This document shows, piece by piece, positions 56,940 to 64,000 of a stretch of 64,000 bases of DNA. Numbering within the stretch: the first letter of the stretch is position 1; each line of letters begins with the position of its first letter. Both the position numbers and the translations under genes were made by a program. The stretch is taken from the IMG/VR virus record IMGVR_UViG_3300013102_000032, positions 8,609-72,608 of that record; one strand, written 5' to 3'. Below the pieces are notes generated by a model that was given only the letters and a program-made list of their open reading frames with translations, made no database searches and was not told the origin of the DNA. The DNA comes from a virus.

Positions 56940-57650
56940 CTATTTGTCTTGTAATGATTTATGTATAAATAATTTCTCAACTCTAGCTTCTCTTTTGTTC
57001 TTGCCGTTTCTTATGTCTGTGATTGTTTCTTTTTCCCAAACACATACAAAATCTTCTGGAGCATTGTATTCGCTAACAACTACAAAGTTGTCTTTAGACC
57101 ACTCTCTAACCTTATTCCAAAACTCATTAGAATCAAACTCTCCTACTAATCCGTAGCCTGTTGTACCTTTGTATGGTGGGTCGCAGTATATTAATGCGTT
57201 CGATAGATTTAGATCAGTATAATCCTTCTCTTCAAAAGTAACGTCTTTAAGGTTGTCCATCTTTTTCAGAATAGAATTATGTGCTGATAGACAATAGTTG
57301 GTTTTTCTGTTTGGAGATGTTCTAGCGTATCCTCCAAACCACTTACCTGCGAAGCTACAACCAAATCCAACGAAACCTGTTAGATGAGGATTCTCGTCTT
57401 TATTATCCTTAATATGAAAATACTCTTGTTCTGATATAGTAGTTGGTGGAATCCAATCATTCTGTAATTCTTTAAACATAGCAATAAGATACTTATGTTT
57501 GTCGTAGCCAAATCTTACTCCATCCATACGCTCCATAACCCAACCGCTACCAACGAAAGGCTCTATGTAAACCTGTCCGTCTTTTCTTTTAGATTTCAAA
57601 TACTTAACTAATTCTTTTGCAATTCTAGCCTTGCCACCAAAGTACTGCAT
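56940..57650 (-). CDS. DNA adenine methyltransferase (Dam/D12 class), second copy
   Basis: YFGGK, EPFVGSG, YCDPPY; start reassigned to MQYF after AGGAGG. Confidence 0.9.
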   Translation of the reverse strand: MQYFGGKARIAKELVKYLKSKRKDGQVYIEPFVGSGWVMERMDGVRFGYDKHKYLIAMFKELQNDWIPPTTISEQEYFHIKDNKDENPHLTGFVGFGCSFAGKWFGGYARTSPNRKTNYCLSAHNSILKKMDNLKDVTFEEKDYTDLNLSNALIYCDPPYKGTTGYGLVGEFDSNEFWNKVREWSKDNFVVVSEYNAPEDFVCVWEKETITDIRNGKNKREARVEKLFIHKSLQDK

Positions 57651-57688
57651 AAATCTACCTCCTACCAATCTCTTATGTTTATAATATT

Positions 57689-57717
57689 ATTATACTATTA
57701 TTTGTTACGTTTGTCAA
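57689..57717 (-). promoter_or_regulatory. sigmaA-type promoter
   Basis: TTGACA-17-TATAAT. Confidence 0.75.
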
Positions 57718-57795
57718 CAGTTAATTTTTACGACTTCTCCGTCTTTTGTAATTACGAGTATAAAGCATTCATCTCTTGTGAAAGAGTCTTCAAAT

Positions 57796-60136
57796 TTACT
57801 TCTCATACTTTTGTAATGCTATTAAAATATTAGACTTGGCGACTTGTAGCATAGCTCTTTTCTCTGTATATCCAGTCATTTCAAGTTCTATATTAACTTC
57901 TTCGAGCTGTTTAGTTAGTTCGTCTTTTATATTCATAGTGTTCATTGTCAATCACCCTTTTCTAAAGAATCCTTTTGGTCGTTCTTCTTTGTTAGGTCTT
58001 TTATTCTGTTCTTTCTGTTGTATTGCAACCATCATGTCAAAGATCAAAAACTCCCTTGTCTTCAAGTCTAGGTTGAGACTTTCGAATTGCTCTATCTTTT
58101 TATTTCCAAATTTCAATAAGTGTCTCAAAACCATAACTTCCGTCTCTGTTAAATGATTGTTATTCATATTGCTTCTTCTTTCATCTTTACCGCATGATAG
58201 AAGTCTGTCATTGATGGAGATTTGATTTCTAATATTGTCATCTTCAATCCTCCACCTTCTAAGTAATCTATAGCATCTCTAGGGTTCAAGCTTTCAAATC
58301 CAGACATTACTGTAAATCCGTCACTTAATAATTTGAATGACATCGATTGTCTACCGTTATCTCTAATTAAAGTATATCTGTGCAAGCTATTAGAATAACT
58401 TGGTCTAATACACGTAATAACGCTACCTGCTTTTAGATTTTTAATTGCTTCGTCAATAGTTTTACTCATTTGAATCACTCCTTTTTCCTTTATAAAAGGG
58501 AAATTTTATTCATTGTCATTAACAAATTTAACGATTGTTCTACCTTCGTGACCATGAATATGTTGTACAGATTGTATATTTGGATATATGTTATGAGAGA
58601 TAACATATGACTGTGACCATTCATGAATACATTTACCACTAGGCATAATAACTCCTTCTGCAACAATTCCAGTACCGCTTACTCCGCTAAAATCTTCATT
58701 TCTTTGTAGATAATATTCACGTAATCTATCTTTACTTTTAGGTTTTAATAAAACTAATTTTGTATCTTTATTATCATTACATACAAACTCTTTTACTTGT
58801 TCAATACTATCGTAGAAGGATAATGTTTTTATAGCACTAGTCCATTCTAGTAATGTTATATGCGATTTAAGAATTACACCTAAAGCCAAAGTATTATCAT
58901 GTTTGTCAATAATTTTAAATTGCTCCAATGTTTTCGCTCCTTTTATAAAATAGATTTTTTATCCATTACCAATCGTATATTACGCTACCGAATTTAGTAT
59001 CAATAAGATATTGTCTAATTGTTTGATATTTCTTTAATTTTGCTTCATAACCATCTTCTTCTACGTCTAAATACTCTTCTCTGTCTGCAAGAATATCTAA
59101 AACGCAATCTAAATCAATAGTCTCTCGTCTTTCACAATACATGTCGTCAGTAAGAAAAGACTTTAGAGGGTCTTCAACCCATGTTATAAAATCAATGTGA
59201 TTTCGCATATTGTCTGGTATTGCTAATAAATCATCTATAGTTTTAGGATTGTCATATTTTTTTAGAAACTTATATACCTCTTTTGTATCAATACCTTGTG
59301 AAACTGCAAATTCTTTTAATAGTTCAACACTCATATTATCGTCTCCTATTCTTCTTAATAAAAGTAAGATTTTAACTAGCGTTGCCAATTAGCACTCCAA
59401 CCAATTTCTACCCACATATTCTTGTAATTGCCCCACTCATTACTTCCACCCACATCGACCTTTTTCACTTCTTCGATGATTTCAGCATATTCTAGCCATC
59501 TCAATTCTCCATCAAAGGTCTTTGGAATAAAGAGAAATTTTGTCACCTTTCTTCTATCTCCTTCTCTAAGCTTCTTGAATGTGTATCTCATGTTTTTCAC
59601 TCCTTTTAAAAACAAAATTTTAATTATAAATCCAATGCTGTTTGTAACAATTTATACACCCAAGATAATCATAAAATCCATTAATATTATATAGATTGTC
59701 ATATTCATGTGCTCCCATCTTACAATGGAAAGGTCTTTTTAAATATGGCAATACTTTACCGTGATCTTTTCTAAGTTCGGTATTTTTCTTTTTCATTTAT
59801 TCAGTCTCCCTACCATATATCTTATTTAATCTTTCATACTCTTCTCGCTCCATATCACCTATGTTTTTATAGGTATTATACATATAGCCTATATCAACCT
59901 TTTCTCCGCAGTAACAAATTAGAATTGTGTTCTCTGGTTTTACATAAGGGATATACACCCTTCCATCACGCTTACAGTGAGGACAAGTATGCTCTTTAAT
60001 CATTCCATTCATGTAATTACCTCGTCTTCTATATAATCCATGCTAATAATTTAGATATTGCAAAGATTAACGTACCTGTACCAATTATTGCTAATACACC
60101 AATCAGTCCTACTAATAAAGTTGCTAATTCAAACAT
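57796..60136 (-). CDS. Run of small hypothetical genes (57796-57945, 57952-58167, 58164-58478, 58506-58928, 58966-59334, 59376-59591, 59620-59796, 59797-60012 and a TM peptide starting at 60136)
   Basis: Co-oriented ORFs, most with RBSs; several read manually below the 60-aa track cutoff. Confidence 0.55.
58492..59623. repeat. Four consecutive junction elements at 58492-58509, 58945-58962, 59358-59375, 59606-59623
   Basis: Spacers GGGAAA, TAGATT, GTAAGA, ACAAAA; each between a stop and the next RBS. Confidence 0.8.
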
Positions 60137-60342
60137 TTTATTTCCTCCTTTAAAACAAATTTCATTTATTCTGTTCTATAACTTGTTTTGAAATTTTATC
60201 ACTTAATTTACCGAAATGTACCATATCTCTATGAAATATAAAAGACTTCTTATCTTGATTATTTAAAGCAAATACTAGAGTCAACGCTTCATTTTCTGTC
60301 ATCTCTAAAGTTACTTCCCTCACATCAATTCCTCCTTATCTA

Positions 60343-62889
60343 TTATTTTCGACACTTATAACATATAGGCTCTTGACCATATCCTAGCTCCCTATATGGC
60401 TTATCTTCTCCGCATTCAACACACATCTCTTTTGGCTCATATTTTAAGTAGGTTCTACTTTTTTCATCTTTAAGCATATCTACATCTGACCTCTTCTTTA
60501 GCCATTCCCATGTGAAAAATTCTGCCTTCCTAAATAAAGGAAAGTCTAATTTGTCATAGATGTTAATAATCTCATCGAAACTCAGCTCTCCATTTTTGCT
60601 CTCTTTTAATTTCGAGTAAAGCAGTTTTGCAACTCGTTCGCCATCTTCTCTAAACATAGCTCCACCTCTTTAATTAAAATTCAAAGTTATCTATTTTATT
60701 TTCTAGTTCTTCAATATCATTTCTTAAATCTTCAATTTCTCTATGTAATTCATCTAGTTCATTTTCTACTTCAATAGCTTTGTCGTCAATGTATTCAAAT
60801 ACCGAATTTAACTCCGCAAACATGTTTGGAGATAAGTCGTCTCTTTTATTCTCTAAAAACGTTTCTAATTCACTAGCTATATTTGATTTACTCAACCTAA
60901 CATTCGTCATATACATTCTCCTTTTATTTTAATAGTAAATTCCGTAACCAATCTGATGATTTAATCCATTTCCCCAACCGTTAATAGGTTCTGCATCAAT
61001 CTTAAATTGTTCATATTTGAAGTCCTCTGGCATACTATATGAAATAAACCACATGAATAAGTCAAACACACTTTCTGAGTCAAAGTAAGCTTCTTGTACA
61101 ATGAATCTATCAATTTCATCACGCTCACCATCAACACGAGAGAAATCAAATCCATGTTCTAATAGAATTTCAACTGCTTCTTCTGAGATGCTAGATTGCT
61201 CGTATTCAGTTAGCAACTGTCTCCATTGCTCTCCGCTACGCCATTCGTCTAACTGCTTAATATCAGTATAGTTAGCGTTATGATTAAGTTGAAGACCAAT
61301 CTTTTTACAAGTATCTTTATATGCTTGTCGCATTTCTTCGCCAGAGTAGTTTGATGATACGTAGTATATTTCTGATTGGCTATGTCCATCGCCACTCCAA
61401 TCGCCCATAATTACACTAAACAACTTTTTTGTCATATAATTCTCTCCTTTTATAATAGATAGTAGATAATAGATAAAAACATTATTTTATCTATTTATTT
61501 TTCATGAATTTTACCTTCACGCATTAATAATTCATGATAATCGCTTACTCCTTTGAATTTTCCAACCACATATCCAATAAACAATGTAGTAAAGCTAATC
61601 ATTACAGTAAAAAATATACTCATATTATCATCTCCTTATCTTTCTTGAATACCTAAAACAATCTTATCGATGTTTGGATTAATCTTTTTGACTCCGTGAC
61701 ATGTTACACCAACTAATCCTTCTCTAATATTAGTAGTATACTGTCTACGTGATGTATCATATCCTTTTATCGCCATATACATATATATTGCAAAGTCAAT
61801 CTCGTCAGCAGTTAAAGTTAAATCCATTATTTATCACTCTCTTTCTTATCTTGGAGTAAAGGAAATTCTATTTCTTGTACATCATAATACCTATCGTATG
61901 TCACGTTAATAACTGCACCCACCTTAAGTACGTCATATTGACTTTCTGATATATCTAAAACTACTTCATGACCATTTTTTTCAAGAGTTACTTTGTTGTA
62001 ACTCCATCTTCCTACTTCTTCTATGTTCTTCTCTTTTACAATCATGTTATCAAACCTACCATATTCTTCACATCCTACTAATAATAGTATTAATGATGAA
62101 ATTATAAAAACAGATATCAACTTCTTCATGTTTATCGCTCCCCACTCTATTATTATATCATTATCTTTATCACTTGTCAATAGCTAGAATTAATTTTTTG
62201 GTTTAAACGTATATCTTCCAAAGAAATTCTTTCTAGACATCACAGGCTTACCATCTTTATACAAAGGAATCACATGAGACTTAATCGACTGACCGTTAAT
62301 CATTTCGTTTTCACCTTCATGCGTAGAGAGAGAATATATAAAAGGTGTATTATCTTTTCTCAAAAACTCAATTCTATCATCGAAAATGTTATTAGCAACC
62401 ATATACGTCCAACTAGCAACATCGTTGCCCTCTGACATCCATACCAACTCAGCCATTTGTCCAACTACAAAATTCATATTATTTCCCCTTTTCTCATCTA
62501 TTAGTTTTTGATTCTTTGATTAAATGTGAAATTGCACTAAATCCGAATATAAGCCAAACAGAAAGCATTATCCAAAACATAATCATATATTATCTCTCTT
62601 TCTTGATTTTACTTAAGAAGAATTTCTTAATCTTTTTAAAGGTAGCGACAACATCTAGTATTGCTCCGATAAATCCTAATAGCGTAAATACTGCAATGAC
62701 ATTAGATTTCTTTCGTACTATATTTAATGCTATCATGGCAGTTTCATCATTCGAATGCTCTTCTTCAAATTTCTTCATAGCTTCTTTAAACTTTTCGTTA
62801 CTAAAAGCTTCGTCTACGAATATAATTTTAACACCTGTTATAAAACCTACTGCTAACCATATTAGAAGTGCCAATCCAAACAAATTCAT
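60343..62889 (-). CDS. Run of small hypothetical genes (60343-60657, 60674-60916, 60929-61435, 61495-61623, 61636-61827, 62190-62477, 62590-62889)
   Basis: Co-oriented ORFs with RBSs; include a Zn-finger, an acidic coiled coil and TM proteins. Confidence 0.55.
61473..61490. repeat. Palindromic junction element (AATAG)ATAAAA-ACATTA-TTTTAT(CTATT)
   Basis: Arms extend to 11 bp here. Confidence 0.75.
61827..62129 (-). CDS. Lipoprotein
   Basis: MKK-hydrophobic-LVGC; start reassigned because the ORF-track TTG is the promoter -35. Confidence 0.75.
   Translation of the reverse strand: MKKLISVFIISSLILLLVGCEEYGRFDNMIVKEKNIEEVGRWSYNKVTLEKNGHEVVLDISESQYDVLKVGAVINVTYDRYYDVQEIEFPLLQDKKESDK
62152..62180 (-). 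promoter_or_regulatory. sigmaA-type promoter
   Basis: TTGACA-17-TATAAT with ATAATGA. Confidence 0.8.
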
Positions 62890-63128
62890 ATTTTAACCTC
62901 CGTTTTCATATGAGAATCTACAATTAGAATAAGCTTAATAATTTCATCTCTTTCAGACTGTGTTTGAGCCGTCATCAGCTTTTTCTCTAATCTTTTTCTA
63001 AGTTTATGCTTTCTTTTCTTTTCTGCGTTGTTAAGGAATTGTTTAATCATTAATATCACAAACCTTTCGTGTTTAGTTTTTCTCTTACCTCCATAAGCAC
63101 TTTGCCTAAAAGATTTAAACCTCTCCAC
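62886..63128 (-). CDS. Small basic hypothetical protein
   Basis: ORF; true start probably near 63050, after the NADAR stop. Confidence 0.4.
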   Translation of the reverse strand: MERFKSFRQSAYGGKRKTKHERFVILMIKQFLNNAEKKRKHKLRKRLEKKLMTAQTQSERDEIIKLILIVDSHMKTEVKI

Positions 63129-63550
63129 ATTGAAGGGTTTTCAATATTTGGATCGTTTACTCCCATTTTAATACCCCAAATGCCGTCAAATGGACTAGCC
63201 TCAACAAGTGTTTTGTTCATTGTGTATAATAGTTGAGACATAAGAATATCACTGCTACTAAATTTATCTAATAAAACCTCTTTGTAAATTGTTTCACGTA
63301 CTTCTATCCATTCAAAATCCTTAAAAGGTATTTCTCGACTTCTGCCTAAGTCTTTGCATTGTTTTGGAGTTTGTGCCAATAGGATTTGCTTTGCGATGTT
63401 ATCAGCTCCGAAAAACTTAGCTTTACGGTACATAATAGCCTGTTCAGACCATTTGAATAAATGTCCTTCATGCTTAAATGGAGAGTAGTAGAAATTTGAA
63501 AAAACATCATCATTTCCCCAAAAAAATACAAATTTATCTGTTATTTTCAT
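63056..63550 (-). CDS. NADAR family (YbiA-like) protein
   Basis: FSNFY.SPF, SEQAIM..KA, K.LGR, KF, LVEASPFDGIWG, GLNLLGKVLMEVR. Confidence 0.92.
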   Translation of the reverse strand: MKITDKFVFFWGNDDVFSNFYYSPFKHEGHLFKWSEQAIMYRKAKFFGADNIAKQILLAQTPKQCKDLGRSREIPFKDFEWIEVRETIYKEVLLDKFSSSDILMSQLLYTMNKTLVEASPFDGIWGIKMGVNDPNIENPSMWRGLNLLGKVLMEVREKLNTKGL

Positions 63551-63837
63551 GATTTTTCACCCTTTCTAGCCCAATTCAAATACAATGCGTATTTAGTATC
63601 GCTCTCTCTGTGTTCGCCTATATAGAATCCGTATCTCTTAAAAATGTCTCTTAATAGCATAAAGTCTCCATAACTGATATCATCTTTATAGAATGGTATA
63701 GTTATATCGAAATGTCCCTCTCTAGCACTTTCTAATGTCTTAGACAATATAACATCTACTCTTTCTGCTGTTTTACCCTTGGTAATTGCAATGTCAAATA
63801 GGCTATTAGTTAAATCGTTCATATTCTCACCCCTCAT
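63547..63837 (-). CDS. Hypothetical protein
   Basis: Probable start ATG 63822. Confidence 0.5.
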   Translation of the reverse strand: MRGENMNDLTNSLFDIAITKGKTAERVDVILSKTLESAREGHFDITIPFYKDDISYGDFMLLRDIFKRYGFYIGEHRESDTKYALYLNWARKGEKS

Positions 63838-64000
63838 GATATTTGTGTAATGTTACTTCATATCCGTCAAATGCGGTTAATAATAAATCTTCTACCTCTT
63901 TCCAATCAGCACCTCCACGATAGCAACCAATCATATATGGAAGGTGTACAGACATTCCATGACGTTCAGCCATCTCTCTTACTATCTTGAAGCATTTATA
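63827..64000 (-). CDS. C-terminus of macrodomain protein (partial)
   Basis: ...SVHLPYMIGCYRGGADWKEVEDLL... matches the macrodomain P.IGCG..G..W motif. Confidence 0.7.
   Translation of the reverse strand, partial: YKCFKIVREMAERHGMSVHLPYMIGCYRGGADWKEVEDLLLTAFDGYEVTLHKYHEG

Noticed and set aside
12195-62896. Many + strand ORFs of 60-130 aa in the ORF track antisense to - strand genes (and - strand ORFs within 220-10073)
   Set aside because: They are shadows of real genes, lack RBSs and have Ser/Ile/Leu/Phe-rich antisense composition.
1-64000. tRNA/rRNA genes, integrase, IS elements, reverse transcriptase/DGR
   Set aside because: None recognised; intergenic gaps are short and AT-rich and no ORF has the diagnostic motifs. 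tRNAscan and HMM searches were not run.

Overview
This 64 kb window is an AT-rich segment of a large tailed phage (or prophage) genome. A Bacillota, probably Bacillaceae, host is inferred from strong Shine-Dalgarno sites, sigmaA-type promoters, and XkdX, class Ib RNR and Rok-like genes. Bases 1-10.8 kb (+ strand) hold the end of the tail/adsorption module, the lysis genes (amidase, two holin-like proteins) and a Rok-like DNA-binding protein. Bases 10.9-64 kb (- strand) hold early/middle genes: RuvC-like resolvase, DnaE, TK, DHFR, ThyA, dUTPase, Gmk, NrdHIEF, type II topoisomerase A/B, DNA ligase and two ClpP-like proteases. They also carry a dense set of likely counter-defence genes: a NARP1-like PRS+NAMPT pair, an Apyc1-like MBL hydrolase, two NADARs, a macrodomain, a SLOG protein, a Mesh1-like HD hydrolase, RNA-repair enzymes and two adenine methyltransferases. 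Dozens of small orphan ORFs lie among these. The most striking unexplained signal is a palindromic 18-bp element, WTAAAA-N6-TTTTAW (often followed by C), found by eye 19 times with a different 6-bp spacer each time. It lies only at gene boundaries, usually overlapping or abutting a stop codon just ahead of the next RBS, and punctuates runs of single accessory genes like cassette recombination sites. About 22 near-consensus promoters share an extended ATAATG-R-TATAAT signature. No tRNA, rRNA, CRISPR array or integrase was recognised. All calls come from reading motifs by eye; no database search was run.
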